Source: Macrostomum lignano
Taxonomy: Eukaryota
NCBI GenBank assembly: GCA_002269645.1
Contig: NIVC01000034.1
Coordinates: forward strand, 1-64,000
Reading direction: 5' to 3'
DNA length: 64,000 nt
Shown here: one piece after another, positions 25,407-38,762 of the stretch
Numbering within the stretch: the stretch's first letter is position 1
Layout of the letters: each line of letters begins with the position of its first letter
The notes under the pieces: generated by a model
Databases searched by the model: none
Seen by the model: the letters and a program-made list of their open reading frames with translations, nothing else
Told to the model about the DNA's origin: nothing
Translations under genes and position numbers: made by a program

Positions 25407-28400
25407 ATGCAGCTGTACCAGCTTCATCAGCAGCAGCCGAATTCGTTGCTGCCAAATTTGGCATTCGGATTCACCCAAGAGCAGGTGGCGTGCGTTTGCG
25501 AAGTTCTGCTTCAAGGCGGCGACGTCGAACGACTCGCCAGATTTCTATGGTCGCTGCCCAATGCGAGCTGCTGAAACGCAACGAAAGCGTCGTGAAAGCC
25601 AGCGCCACAGTGGCTTTTCATCGCGGCAACTTCAAAGAGCTCTACAGGCTGGTTGAGAGTCACAATTTTGCACCGCAGAATCACGCTCGAATGCAGGTGA
25701 AGAGCCATTTTTCGCTTAAAATGCCATTTTTATTAGGATACATATGCAAAAATTTATCGTTAAGGAAACTTTTAATTATGATTTGGCGCCATTTATGATG
25801 ATCTGGCGTCATCTTAGATTATTTAGCGCCAGCTTAGATGATTTGGCACCATCTTAGATGATTTGGCACCATCTTAGATGATTTGGCACCATCTTAGATT
25901 ATCTGGCGCCATCTCAGGTGATTCGGCGCCATCTTAGATTTTTTCGCGCCATGTTCGATGATTTGGCGCCATTTATGATGATTTCGTGCCACTTAACATG
26001 ATTTGGCGCTATTTATGATTATTTGGCGCCGCTTAAGATAATTTGGCACCTTTTTAGATGTCTTAGCGCCACTTAACATGATTCGGCGCCGTTTATAATC
26101 ACCATAATCTTGGTAAGCACTTATGCCCTCCCTCTTCGCAGGACCTGTGGCTGCGCGCTCGCTACACGGAGGCCGAGCGCCTACGCGGCCGTCCCCTCGG
26201 CGCCGTTGGCAAGTACCGGGTGCGCAAGAAGTTCCCGCTGCCGCGCACCATCTGGGACGGCGAGGAGACATCCTACTGTTTCAAGGAGCGTTCGAGAAAC
26301 GCCCTGAGAGACTGGTACTCCAGGAACCCCTACCCGGCCCCCAGGGAGAAGCGGGACTTGGCCGAGGCAACCGGCCTGACCACCACACAGGTGTCGAACT
26401 GGTTCAAGAATCGCAGGCAGCGAGACCGAGCAGCCGCCGCGGCCGCCGCCGCCGGGATTGGGCCGCCGGGGTCGCATAGCGGAGCTCGACCGATTCTGCG
26501 CGGCGTTGACGACACGGCTGACGATTTGTGCCAGGAGGAGGAGGCCTGTGAGGATGACACGAGCGATGCTGGAGCTGCTATGTGAGTGCAAGAGTGCAGA
26601 GAGGCTCTGTTGATGCTATAGAGGACAGAGCTATTTGAGGGGGTTTGAGGGTATTTTATATGACCTGTGGGTATTATTTTAGATCTGAGGGTATTCTTTT
26701 AAAACTGAGAGTTTTCTTTTGGAGCTGAGGGTGTTCGTTTGAAACTGAGGGTATTCTTTTAGATCTGAGGCTATTCCTTTGTATGTGAGGGTATTCTCTT
26801 TTATCTGAGGGTTTCTTTTGGATCTGAGGGTATTCTTTTGTATCTGAGGGTGTTCTTTTGGAACTGAAGCTATTCTTTTGGATCTGAGGTTATTCTTTTG
26901 GACCTGAGGGTATTATTTTGAAGCTGAGGGTATTCTTTTGGATCTGAGGGTATTCGTTTGAAACTGAGGGTATTCTTTTAGATCTGAGGCTATTCCTTTG
27001 TATGTGAGGGTATTCTCTTTTATCTGAGGGTTTCTTTTGGATCTGAGGGTATTCTTTTGTATCTGAGGGTGTTCTTTTGGAACTGAAGCTATTCTTTTGG
27101 ATCTGAGGTTATTCTTTTGGACCTGAGGGTATTATTTTGAAGCTGAGGGTATTCTTTTGGATCTGAGGGTATTCGTTTGAAACTGAGGGTATTCTTTTAG
27201 ATCTGAGGCTATTCCTTTGTATGTGAGGTTATTCTTTTGTATCTGAGGGTATTCTTTAAGATCTGAAGGTATTCCTTAAGATCTGAGGGTATTCTTTTGG
27301 ATCTCAGGGTATTCTTTTGGATCGGAGGGTATTCCTTAAGATCTGAGGGTATTATTTTAGATCTGAGGGTATTCTTCTGGACCTGAGGGTATTAGTTTGA
27401 AGCTGAGGGTATTCTTTTACTTTCTCTTATTCTTGGGAAATTCTCAAAATCTTAGGGGTGGTATATTTTTAGTGAGGCACTTTTGCGACTCAGGAGAATG
27501 CTAGAGTCCCTAATTTAATTGATTGATTTAACCGAAATTGTTTCATTTTTTTGTCAGAAAAAACATATCTCTGACAATTGATACTCTCAACCGAGAATAT
27601 CATATATTATTCTCCATGGGCATGGCACAGGGTGAGGGCACATACGAGAGTGTACATGGGCTGACCGATTAGAATGTCGGGACTGCTGTACACAACGTGT
27701 GAGCGTGCAGTGTATTAATGTGTGCCTGTGTACAGCATTGGCGCGCTTGTATGTACGAGGAGTCAGGAGTCAGCGGAATGAGGCAGAATTGCTGTCAACG
27801 CTGGTTGTTGTGCCAGGGTGTCACGGATGGGTCTAAAACTTATAGAGAGCTGCTTGGGGAAGAGTTTTTGACTTCCAGGGGCTCCCGGCTCATTCATGCA
27901 GAGTCCGAAATCGAGGCCAAGCAATCTGTGGGAACAAATGACGAATGCATCAAAAGGTAGCAGCAGACATATAGCTCGATATATGAAGCATGTTTTTGTT
28001 CTCACACATGTGGAAATATCCTATATTCCAACACCATCCATTACTATAACACCTTTCTTCCGGCTCGCATATACGAGTATATGTGCGCTATGGCAGTTGG
28101 CACCATCATCCATTGTTTGTTTGAATGCAACTTGACTTCCGGGCGTACAAAGAGAGAGAGAGAGAGAAAAATATTAATAACTGCACCGATTCTCGGACAC
28201 AAATGACACTTATACTTTGACAGTCATGACAGATCGACTGGGCACTAAGCTATAGTTAAATTTATTTGCGTTTTGGAACTTGGCTTGAATTATACTTGAC
28301 CTCGGAAGGAAGCATGGTTTCGTGAGGTTTCCTCTTAGGATCCCAGTTCAAGGAGCTTAGATCCAATGAAGACCCCAGTTCAAGGAGCTTAGATCCAATG

Positions 28401-31400
28401 AAGATCCCAGTTCAAGGAGCTCAGATCCCCTGAAGATCCAAGTTCAAGGAGCTTAGATCCAATGAAGATCCCAGTTCAAGGAGCTTAGATCCAATGAAGA
28501 TCCCAGTTCAAGGAGCTCAGATCCAATGAAGATCTCAGTTCAAGGAGCTCAGATCCAATGAAGATCTCAGTTCAAGGAGCTCAGATCCCTTGAAGATCCC
28601 AGTTCAAGGAGCTCAGATCCCCTGAAGATCCCAGTTCAAGGAGCTTCTAAAGATTCAATGAAGATCCCAGTTCAAGGAGCTCAGATCCCCTGAAGATCCC
28701 AGTTTAAGGAGCTCAGATCCCCTGAAGATCCCAGTTCAAGGAGCTCAGATCCCCTGAAGATCCCAGTTCAAGGAGCTCAGATCCCCTGAAGATCCCAGTT
28801 CAAGGAGCTCAGATTCAATGAAGATCCAAGTTCAAGGAGCTCAGATCCCCTGAAGATCCCAGTTCAAGGAGCTCAGATCCAATGAAGATCCCAGTTCAAG
28901 GAGCTTAGATCCAATGAAGATCTCAGTTCAAGGAGCTCAGATCCAATGAAGATCCCAGTTCAAGGAGCTTAGATCCAATGAAGATCCCAGTTCAAGGAGC
29001 TCAGATCTCCTGAAGATCCCAGTTCAAGGAGCTCAGATTCAATGAAGACCCCAGTTCAAGGAGCTTAGATCCCCTGAAGATCCAAGTTCAAGGAGCTTAG
29101 ATCCAATGAAGATCCCAGTTCAAGGAGCTTAGATCCAATGAAGATCTCAGTTCAAGGAGCTCAGATCCCCTGAAGATCCCAGTTCAAGGAGCTCAGATCC
29201 CTGAAGATCCAAGTTCAAGGAGCTCAGATCCCCTGAAGATCCCAGTTCAAGGAGCTCAGATCCCCTGAAGATTTCAGTTCAAGGAGCTCAGATCCCCTGA
29301 AGATCCAAGTTCAAGGAGCTCTGATCCCCTGAAGATCCAAGTTCAAGGAGCTCAGATCCCCTGAAGATCCCAGTTCAAGGAGCTCAGATCCCCTGAAGAT
29401 CCCAGTTCAAGGAGCTTAGATCCAATGAAGATCTCAGTTCAAGGAGCTCAGATCCAATGAAGATCCCAGTTCAAGGAGCTTAGATCCAATGAAGATCCCA
29501 GTTCAAGGAGCTCAGATCCCCTGAAGATCCCAGTTCAAGGAGCTCAGATTCAATGAAGATCCCAGTTCAAGGAGCTCTGATCCCCTGAAGATCCCAGTTC
29601 AAGGAGCTCAGATCCCCTGAAGATCCCAGTTCAAGGAGCTCAGATCCCCTGAAGATCCCAGTTCAAGGAGCTTAGATCCAATGAAGATCTCAGTTCAAGG
29701 AGCTCAGATCCAATGAAGATCCCAGTTCAAGGAGCTTAGATCCAATGAAGATCCCAGTTCAAGGAGCTCAGATCCCCTGAAGATCCCAGTTCAAGGAGCT
29801 CAGATCCCCTGAAGATCCCAGTTCAAGGAGCTCTGATCCCCTGAAGATCCCAGTTCAAGGAGCTCAGATCCAATGAAGATCCCAGTTCAAGGAGCTTAGA
29901 TCCAATGAAGATCCCAGTTCAAGGAGCTTAGATCCAATGAAGATCCCAGTTCAAGGAGCTTAGATCCAATGAAGATCCCAGTTCAAGGAGCTTAGATTCA
30001 ATGAAGATCCCCCAGTTCAAGGAGCTCAGATCCCCTGAAGATCCCAGTTCAAGGAGCTTAGATCCCCCGAAGATCCCAGTTCAAGTATCTTGAATCCCCC
30101 GAAGATCCCAGTTCAAGTATCTTGAATCCCCCGAAGATCCCAGTTCAAGTATCTTGAATCCCCCGAAGATCCCAGTTCAAGTATCTTGAATCCCCGAAGA
30201 TCCCAGTTCAAGTATCTTGAATCCCCGAAGATCCCAGTTCAAGTATCTTGAATCCCCCGAAGATCCCAGTTCAAGTATCTTGAATCCCCGAAGATCCCAG
30301 TTCAAGTATCTTGAATCCCCCGAAGATCCCAGTTCAAGTATCTTGAATCCCCGAAGATCCCAGTTCAAGTATCTTGAATCCCCGAAGATCCCAGTTCAAG
30401 TATCTTGAATCCCCGAAGATCCCAGTTCAAGTATCTTGAATCCCCGAAGATCCCAGTTCAAGTATCTTGAATCCCCCGAAGATCCCAGTTCAAGTATCTT
30501 GAATCCCCCGAAGATCCCAGTTCAAGTATCTTGAATCCCCCGAAGATCCCAGTTAAAAAATAGTTGAACGTCGGATTCAAAAACGCCAGATTTAAGAAAT
30601 TTCTTTTTTATAAAAAAATAACAAGACACTAAAGTTCATAAAGCTGACTTTATTCAGTTTTGTTTTCATGCCAGACACTCAAAATGCAGTTGACTCATCT
30701 AGCTCATGAAAACGTCTATGGAATAAACCGGGATTCTGCTTGCTTACATGCATTTCCGGTGTCCCTACAAAGTTTCAGAGTGAATCTTCACTCTTATACT
30801 GAATCAGACCGACGCATAACTATTTATTAGCTTCATATGATTTTTAATCAGTCAGTCGGTCTGGTATTTCGAAAAATTTCTTAGTTAAACTGATAACTCA
30901 CCTTCCGCGGAGCTTCACCTCAGACAGAGAGGCAAATAGCTTTGTATTTGGGATTCCCTATCGGGACACTGTTTCATGATTGAATGAATGGTCATACTCG
31001 TAATTCAACCCTTATATAGCTATACCTATCCAACCTGCATATTAGCTTCGAACAGTTGCAAACTAACGGGCATGTATAACACATAGATGCAACATAAAGA
31101 TATCCAGCGCTGTTTTTACAGAGGAGGGACTTCCTCTTTTCCCTTTCAACGTGGTGGCGTAAAAAAATTTTCTAATTCGCTTTCAATTTTATGATGTCAA
31201 ATTTTCGGGAGCTCGGGTACCGGTACAAGGGTACTTTGTGCGATGATTTGTTTTACAAATCTAACATGTATTATAAAGGTATGCGGTATTTATCAAAGCT
31301 TTGTAGACAGACAAGACTTTTAATTATGGGACTGTCTGTGTAATTGTGAACGAAAAGTGTCAAGAAAAGACGCGCTGGTTGTTAAATTAATTGTTACGGA

Positions 31401-32768
31401 GAATGTTAAAGGACGCCCATATTTAGCCATAACTGTAAGTGCCAAGTTTAGGTTGTAAAGCTAAGTTTTCTTTGTCGAAACCTGATCCTTTTTTGACTGC
31501 TGGACATCCGCTGTAGATAGCATGATTAATTATCATTAACTGTTAGATAGGATCATTAGCTGTTAGACAAGGATCATTAACTGTTAGATAAGGATCAGTA
31601 CTTTTTAGATAAAGATCATTAGTTGTTAGACAAAGATCATTAGCTGTTAGATAGGGATCATTAGCTGTTAGACATGGATCATTAGCTGTTAGATAAGGAT
31701 CAATAGCTGTCATATAGTCGTTAAATATCATCTGGGGGGTTTTTCTCGAAAATTGCGTAAGTTCTATGGTATGTTCGATCTTAAGTTAGAACTTTACGCT
31801 CTGCGTAAGATCAATTTCTGAATATTAAGCCAGTTTCTCGAAACTCGCTTAGACTTTGCGTGACTTACGCGATTCGTAAGTCTAGTTAAGTCGACAAAAT
31901 GTTGTTTATGGAAGAGAAGACAAAAAATCAAATCTAAAAAGCTAATTTTAATTATATGTATTTCTTGCTTTATTTTTTACCAACAGTAATTGCTAGACAA
32001 AGATCAATAGCTGTTAGATAGGGATCAAAAGCTGTTAGATAAGGATCAGTACTTTTTAGATAAAGATAATTAGCTGTTAGACATGGATCATTAGCTGTTA
32101 GACAAGGATCATTAACTGTTAGATAAGGATCAGTACTTTTTAGATAAAGATCATTAGTTGTTAGACAAATGTCATTAGCTGTTAAATAGGGATCATTAGC
32201 TGTTAGATAATTGGATCATTAGTTGTTAGACAAATATTATTAGCTGTTAAATAGGGATCATTAGCTGTTAGATAAGGATCAATAGCTGTCATATAGTCTG
32301 GTCGTAAATTTCATACGTAAATTTCATCTGTCAGACAAGGTTTATATCTGCGTTTATATTTGCGGACAACAAACCCTTATGGCAAATCGAAAACGTTTCA
32401 ATATATAATTTTACATGTGCCGATGCCTTATTAAACAATCGAGTCAACCCGTGTCATATTCTAGGAAATCAGATTCGTGCTGCAAGCTGGGCGGGTCTCC
32501 ACCGGCCCCGAAGGCGGAGCAGCCGGTGACAGCCAAGCTGAGTCTGTCTGTGAGCAGCTCGCACTACAATGTGCTCAACGCCTGCGCTAGCGGAAGCGGC
32601 GGATGCAGCGACACTTCGTTTTCCCCTCCGCAAGATCTGCACCACCAGCTGCTGTATCCGCACCAGTCTCCGTATTATCAGCACCAGCATCAGCACCAAC
32701 AACAGGCTCTTTACCACAGCAGTTTGATGAATGGCTATTTGCCCTTGCCAGCAATGGGTCAGCTCTAA
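25407..32768 (+). CDS. SIX1/2: Six1/2 (sine oculis class) SIX-domain homeobox protein; join(25407..25696,26142..26581,32465..32768)
   Basis: [18 protein letters not shown] domain and homeodomain beginning ETSYCFKE (diagnostic of Six1/2). GT-AG junctions are in phase. One C appears missing at 25557-25559. Exon 3 is inferred from phase-2 match and His/Gln-rich composition. Confidence 0.92.
25790..26100. repeat. 20-bp degenerate repeat (atttggcgccatcttagatg) in Six intron 1
   Basis: Direct reading. Confidence 0.85.
26640..27420. repeat. 20-bp minisatellite (gatctgagggtattctttt-like) with higher-order duplication
   Basis: Direct reading. Confidence 0.9.
28340..30555. repeat. 32-bp minisatellite (tgaagatcccagttcaaggagctcagatcccc), switching to a ...gtatcttgaatcccc variant at about 30070
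   Basis: Period 32 measured, e.g. 28691 to 28723 and 29881 to 29913. Confidence 0.95.
31540..32295. repeat. Two blocks of a ~20-bp repeat (gatcattagctgttagataa) separated by unique sequence
   Basis: Blocks at about 31540-31715 and 31990-32295. Confidence 0.8.
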
Positions 32769-33931
32769 ATCTTACTTATGGAGTACAACAATTGATAATA
32801 AGAGTTCAAAGCTATACTCGCAAATAGGCTTCACTCAGCTGTAAAAATGAATTTATTCAATCTTTTGTTGCTTATCCGTGTGGAAATTTTCAATCGCGTG
32901 GCCCTTGTTTTAGATTTGATGTGATTTTTTAGTACATGCAGCAAACCTTTTCTGGAGCTCACATGAAGCTTAATAAATCCATTTACCATCGTCCGATTGA
33001 AATTAACACTATTTATTGAGCTGAAGTGCTTGTTGTGCCTCGTAAATCAAATACTCGTAAAACATGATTGAAGTTTCGAATCTTAGGCTTTTGAATAATA
33101 TACGTTCTACTTTCACTCGGCTACTTAAATATTTGTCAAGACAATTAAGACTGGCACATGTCGATGTCGCCGAAGACAAACATCTATACGAGTAATTTTG
33201 AAATATGTTTGAAACTTCTTAATATCTGCAATTTCAAGTTTTCGATCGCTCTGTGAAAAACTGAAACGTGACTTTTAGCCCCAAACTTCGAGGTGCGAAG
33301 TGAACGGTAAAGGCCTTTGTTCCTCAAAATATAGCTTTTGTTGTTGATTTGAAAAGCGCCTCTCAGCTTTTAGCACAAACTATAACAAAGACTTCTAGTG
33401 GGCCAAAGAAGATGCATAAAGACCACCCATGCAGGCCCAGTAACAAGAAATCCATTCATTCAAAGATTTTAACACTTCACCACCTCCTATATTTATTATC
33501 GCTATGAGAGAGAGAATTTGGAAACTTCAGTGTCCCCTCCCTGTTGAAGTCGGAATCTTTTTAGAAAAATAAATCTCTCCAAAATTGGCAGCACCGATTC
33601 TGTCTACAGGAGTTGAATGGAGAAATTTAAACAAAATCAGTCTTGTGTCATCGGCAGCAGACAAACACAAGTCTGAATTTTCAATCTGAACAACAGATAA
33701 ACAGAAGAAGCTGGTGGGCAACACTTCTTCAATCGATATTTTACAAAACGAATTCATTTTAAAGCTGATAATGAATTCAGCGATGTGAAGTATCTAAGAT
33801 GTTGTGAAAGGAAGCATCCATTTTTTTAATTTTACAAGTGAATCAACTTTAACAGGAGAGACCAATTTTACGGATTGCAGTTCAACAAGCACTCACTGCG
33901 AGCTTTGGCATCAAAGCCGATCCTTTTAAGC

Positions 33932-34532
33932 CACGGGTTGGCAAACTTTCTACCAGAAGAAAGGGAGAGAGGAGAGGGAATAGAGAAGAGAAATAGGAGA
34001 AAGGGGAGACTAATGAATGAAGGAGAAGAGAGGAAAGAAGAGACGAGAGGAGAGAGGAGGGGAGGGAGAAGAGAGAGGAAAAGGGAGAGGAAAGGAGAGA
34101 GAGGAGGGAAAGGAGAGGAAAGGAGAGAGAGGAGGGAAAGGAGAGGAAAGGAGAGAGAGGAGGGAAAGGAGAGGAAAGGAGAGAGAGGAGGGAAAGGAGA
34201 GGAAAGGAGAGAGAGGAGGGAAAGGAGAGGAAAGGAGAGAGAGGAGGGAAAGGAGAGGAAAGGAGAGAGAGGAGGGAAAGGAGAGGAAAGGAGAGAGAGG
34301 AGGGAAAGGAGAGGAAAGGAGAGAGAGGAGGGAAAGGAGAGGAAAGGAGAGAGAGGAGGGAAAGGAGAGGAAAGGAGAGAGAGGAGGGAAAGGAGAGGAA
34401 AGGAGAGAGAGGAGGGAAAGGAGAGGAAAGGAAGACACAAACCTTGAGCAGGCCCGGATTGCTATTGTGAAGCTTTAAAGGACCTGAGGTCCGGATAGAG
34501 AGGCTTCGCGGGCCGTAGTTCACCGACCCCTG
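33932..34532. mobile_element. hAT-like non-autonomous element with GA-rich tandem core, copy 1
   Basis: Ends CACGGGTTGGCAA...TTCACCGACCCCTG. Shares ccttgagc..ggattgctattgtgaag..agaggcttcgcggg with 53591-54284. Confidence 0.55.
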
Positions 34533-35659
34533 ATTTTTAAGTCTTGGCTTAACCCCAACTTTTACTCTCTTCTTGCAGATGCCACTGATGCCTACTAACA
34601 AGTCCCTTGGCATCCAAGCAACCCACCCCCATGAGCCACGGCATTTCAGCGATTCTCCCAAATGAGCCTTGAAAGTTGTCTGAAAATGGTCGCGATTAGC
34701 TCCCAAGCTCCGATTCTAAGAAACAGAGGAAGTCCATAATAACTGCAGCCGAACACGCGACTAGACATTGTTGCAGTCCAGTTGGTCACGTGACATAAAA
34801 AGGAACCAAAACTAAGCCCCCTTCGCACGCGCGCCTATTGTTTTAAATCAACGTTTATAATAAAAAAACGCGTTACTGCTCTTGCATTTGACAAAGAAAA
34901 CCCTGAACTGGAGAAGGCATTGATCCATCTATCCATCCTTTGCATTGAGTCACTTCAAGCGTTCTCAAACTCAAAGCAGACTGATAATGATCATGCTTGG
35001 AGGACACGTGTCATAATCCTATCACATGGTGCGCTTTTTTGTATTTGAATTGACAGAATTTAGAACAGCTGTGCAGCAAACCTTAGCAATCTGATTCTTT
35101 TCTGAGATGCCTGCCTGTAATAGTTTCCCTAAACTTCTATAGAAACATTTTTTCAGACTTTTCTTCTTTAAAATTGATTACTCGCGCAATGATAGAGACT
35201 TTTTGAGTTGTTTTTGGGGAATGGCACGACAAAATTATTTTATTCTTCAAACAGCAAACCACATAAATGAATGGGCCGGTTTTTGTACAACCAACTACAT
35301 TATGCTATAATTGAGAAATGTGAAATTGAAATCAGCGCTTCTATACTCACTAAGAAATAACATCAAAAGTTCAAATCTGTTAGGAAAAACAACAATAGGA
35401 CTCATCAACACTGTGACCAGTTAGCAAATTATAAAGTATACATTATACTCCACAGCACAAAATGTAGTTAAATTGTAATAATTGATATCAACTATTGATA
35501 AAACCTAAACAGTAAGGACAAGATAAATAGGCTTGAATAAACTTGGATAAATTTGGCTGAAAAAATACAAATTGCACGACAAGCTGTGACTGCACGTTTC
35601 AATGCTTCATTAATTATTACTTCTTGAAGATACGAGTGTCACCCCTAGGTCATGAGGCT

Positions 35660-35972
35660 GGGGGGGGGGGTTGCAGCCTAGTGGTCAGACTCACAACTTG
35701 AAGGTCGGGGGTTCGATTCCTGATCCTACTCGGGGGGGGGGAACAATTTGTGTCATTAAGCAAGACACTTAACTCTGCATTGCTTCAGTTCACCCAGCTG
35801 TCAAATGGGTGCCAGCATTAGCTGGGGTAATTGAAGGTGTGTGTGGCGACCCCCCAGTCTTTGGACTGAACAGCCGTAGGCAGCCTTCAGATGTGCCGGG
35901 CAATAGCTGCGGCTGAGCTGTCGGTTGCACACCTGGCCATTAGGGCAGGTGTAATCAAACATTATTATTATT
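35660..35972 (+). mobile_element. tRNA-derived SINE with CORE-like domain
   Basis: A-box-like TAGTGGT, B-box GGTTCGATTCC (35710-35720), GTGTCATTAAGCAAGACACTTAAC...CCCAGCTGTCAAATGGG core, (ATT)n tail, possible ATGAGGC TSD. Confidence 0.7.
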
Positions 35973-36997
35973 ATGAGGCATTTCACGAGGCTGCACACTC
36001 ATCCTATTTTAAATAACATTTTATGTAAAGCAGTAATATAAATTTAGAAAACATTATTAAGACTTCAGGGTGTTAAAAAATAAACTTGATAAAAAATAGA
36101 ACATAAAAAAGTTATTGGAACACAATTTTGCTCAGTTATTACTGTTTATACTAATACACAGCAGTATAGCAGATTATCAAAATAAAATGAACACCTGCAG
36201 ATGCGAGCAGCAACTCAAACATCGCAATTAATGACAACTATGAAAACGATGCATTTTTATGGTTTCTAAAAGCTGATAAACATTTAAAACGGAATTTTTG
36301 TAAAATCAGACAGCAAAACAATTGTGTATGTTGTGTACCATTTAGTATGGACGAAGGGTAGAGCCAGAAAATACATAGGTGCTGTACTGCCTACTTAGAA
36401 ACAGTAGTGTTGTAAGCTTTTTGACTGATAATTCTCCTTGAAAGTGTCTCACTCAGTCATGCTAATTTTCTTGACTCTGATCCCAAGTGTGCACACGCTC
36501 ACAACGAAGATGTACATCCTACCCTCTTCGACTTTATCATCGTTACGGCTCGTAGTGTACACTCTTTGTGCCTTAATCATAATTTTTTCGCTGTACATTT
36601 AGAGACGTCAAAGTCAGGGACGGATCAAACTCAGCCAAGGGAGCAGGCCCAGCCTAGCTCAGCCAATGAGAGAGCAGTAAGGAGAGAGGGTCAAAGTCAG
36701 ACGGACGAAACCCAGCCTAGGGTGCAGGCCCAATCTGGCTCAGCCAATGAGAGAGCAGTAAGGAGAGAGGGTCAAAGTCAGACGGACGAAACCCAGCCTA
36801 GGGTGCAGGCCCAATCTGGCTCAGCCAATGAGAGAGCAGTAAGAAGAGACAAAGGTCAGCGGAATGGGAATGACACCGTGTTTTGCCTCTTCGCTGGCAG
36901 CGGGTGGACAGCCGCATTGATTCGCGGCAGCGCCCACAGCCCCCATCCAGCGAATTGAAACAAATTGACAAAAGGTACACAATAGAAAAAAGGCTAT

Positions 36998-37783
36998 TCA
37001 AGGCCATCTAACAGCCAGTAAGCCTCGCCAAGGTGTCCAATCCCACAGCCAGAAGGCCAACAGGCCCAACAGTGCAAAGCAGCACAGAGCGAAAATGCCT
37101 CTAGCAATGTGACGATTCTCACGGTGCATAGACGTCGATCTATTATCAAACCCTGTGGATTGACTACTGTGAGTAGCATTCTGAATATTATTATTATTAT
37201 TATGATTCCGTCGACGAAATGTCAATCTTTGAAACACGTTGGAACCGGTGCCGCTCTGCTGCTGCTCTTCACTGCCAACTGAATTAGCAAACCTGACCCG
37301 ATAACCACTGCTGGACATTGCTGGCAAAGTAGATCCCGTACTTCTCAATATGGATGTTGGACAGCCTTCGGCTAATCGACTGTCGATAGCTCGGATCAGC
37401 TGATCGGCGCAAGCTACCTCGGCGTTATAGTACATCTTCTCGGCGTGTAGGAACTCTTTAGCCGCTTGTAGATCGCCAGATTCAAACAGAATTTCGGCGG
37501 ACAGGCGCATCGCTCGAGGAGTTGCTAAGGCTAAACGGCTGTGCTGATGTTGCTGGTGGCTGTGACTCTGGTTCCCTGCATCATCAAGTAGGCTGGCTAG
37601 GAGACTCAGCGCTGCCTCCGGCTGGCCAGCAGCTCGAAGCGCCGCGGCTTGGCTAAGTCGATCTGTATCGTCGACTGAGTCAGCGGGTGCGGCGGAGGCT
37701 GCGGCAGCGGCGACAGTGGGGGACGGCGATGATGACGGAGGCTGGGGAGGCTGTGTTGTCGAGCCAGTTTGGGCCGAGTTCAT
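36998..37783 (-). CDS. Consortin-like tail-anchored protein with PP1-docking SILK/RVxF-type motifs
   Basis: Intronless 261-aa ORF: helical AKEFLHAEKMYY segment, SILR and RVRF motifs, C-terminal TM helix IFALCCFALLGLLAFWLW. Confidence 0.55.
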   Translation of the reverse strand: MNSAQTGSTTQPPQPPSSSPSPTVAAAAASAAPADSVDDTDRLSQAAALRAAGQPEAALSLLASLLDDAGNQSHSHQQHQHSRLALATPRAMRLSAEILFESGDLQAAKEFLHAEKMYYNAEVACADQLIRAIDSRLAEGCPTSILRSTGSTLPAMSSSGYRVRFANSVGSEEQQQSGTGSNVFQRLTFRRRNHNNNNNIQNATHSSQSTGFDNRSTSMHRENRHIARGIFALCCFALLGLLAFWLWDWTPWRGLLAVRWP

Positions 37784-37819
37784 GCCAGGAATGTTTGAGT
37801 TGGTGCTGAGCGTCAGGAT

Positions 37820-38310
37820 GCGAGTCAGTGCTGACAGAAAAGTGTCAGGGTGTGGGTCAGTGCTGACAGAAAAGTGTCAGGTTGTGAGTCAGTGCTGACA
37901 GTAAAGTGTCAGGTTGTGAGTCAGTGCTGACAGTAAAGTGTCAGGTTGTGAGTCAGTGCTGACAGTAAAGTGTCAGGTTGTGGGTCAGTGCTGGCAGAAA
38001 AGTGTCAGGGTGTGGGTCAGTCCTGACAGAAAAGTGTCAGGTTGTGGGTCAGTCCTGACAGAAAAGTGTCAGGTTGTGGGTCAGTCCTGACAGAAAAGTG
38101 TCAGGGTGTGGGTCAGTGCTGACAGAAAAGTGTCAGGGTGTGGGTCAGTGCTGACAGAAAAGTGTCAGGTTGTGGGTCAGTGCTGACAGAAAAGTGTCAG
38201 GTTGTGGGTCAGTGCTGACAGAAAAGTGTCAGGGTGTGGGTCAGTGCTGACAGAAAAGTGTCAGGGTGTGGGTCAGTGCTGACAGTAATGTGTCAGGTTA
38301 TGAGTCAGTG
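37820..38310. repeat. 32-bp minisatellite (gtcagtgctgacagaaaagtgtcagggtgtgg)
   Basis: Direct reading, period 32. Confidence 0.93.
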
Positions 38311-38762
38311 CCAACTGACAGATGGGTGTCAGTGTGAAGTTTATTAATAGCCTAATAAGTAATTAAAAAAACTATAAATATTTATAAAAATACAAAAATC
38401 ATCTCAATGCAACACGATAGTATTGTATTTCAATAAAATAAAAGTACATCGGTCAGGCATTTATTACAAATCCAACGAAAATAAAATCTATAACGAGTGA
38501 CGTCCTGAAAATATCCGATTATTTATTATTTAAATATTGAATATGATCCATGATATTACAAACGATTGGTGCTTGTATACAAATTTGTGCAAATAATTGC
38601 ATCTTTGATTTTAATTTCACCTGACGTGAGAATAAATCTACGAAATTCAAATCTGCGCGAGAGAGAAATATTATGCAGCGCAGCAAAAATAGCGAAACTA
38701 TTTCTTCAAATAATGAATTTTTATGAGTACTTATAGCTCGCATAATTAAGATATCTATAATC

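Noticed and set aside
25557-25559. Frameshift in the Six1/2 SIX domain suggesting a pseudogene
   Set aside because: It is a single missing C in a C-run with intact conserved coding on both sides, most likely a sequencing or consensus error. Needs short-read confirmation.
28340-30555. Regular repeats that might look like a CRISPR array
   Set aside because: There are no unique spacers, it is a pure tandem repeat in a eukaryotic intron, and there are no cas genes.
35660-35730. tRNA gene
   Set aside because: A/B boxes are present but no complete cloverleaf. It continues into a CORE-like domain and tail, so it was called a SINE.
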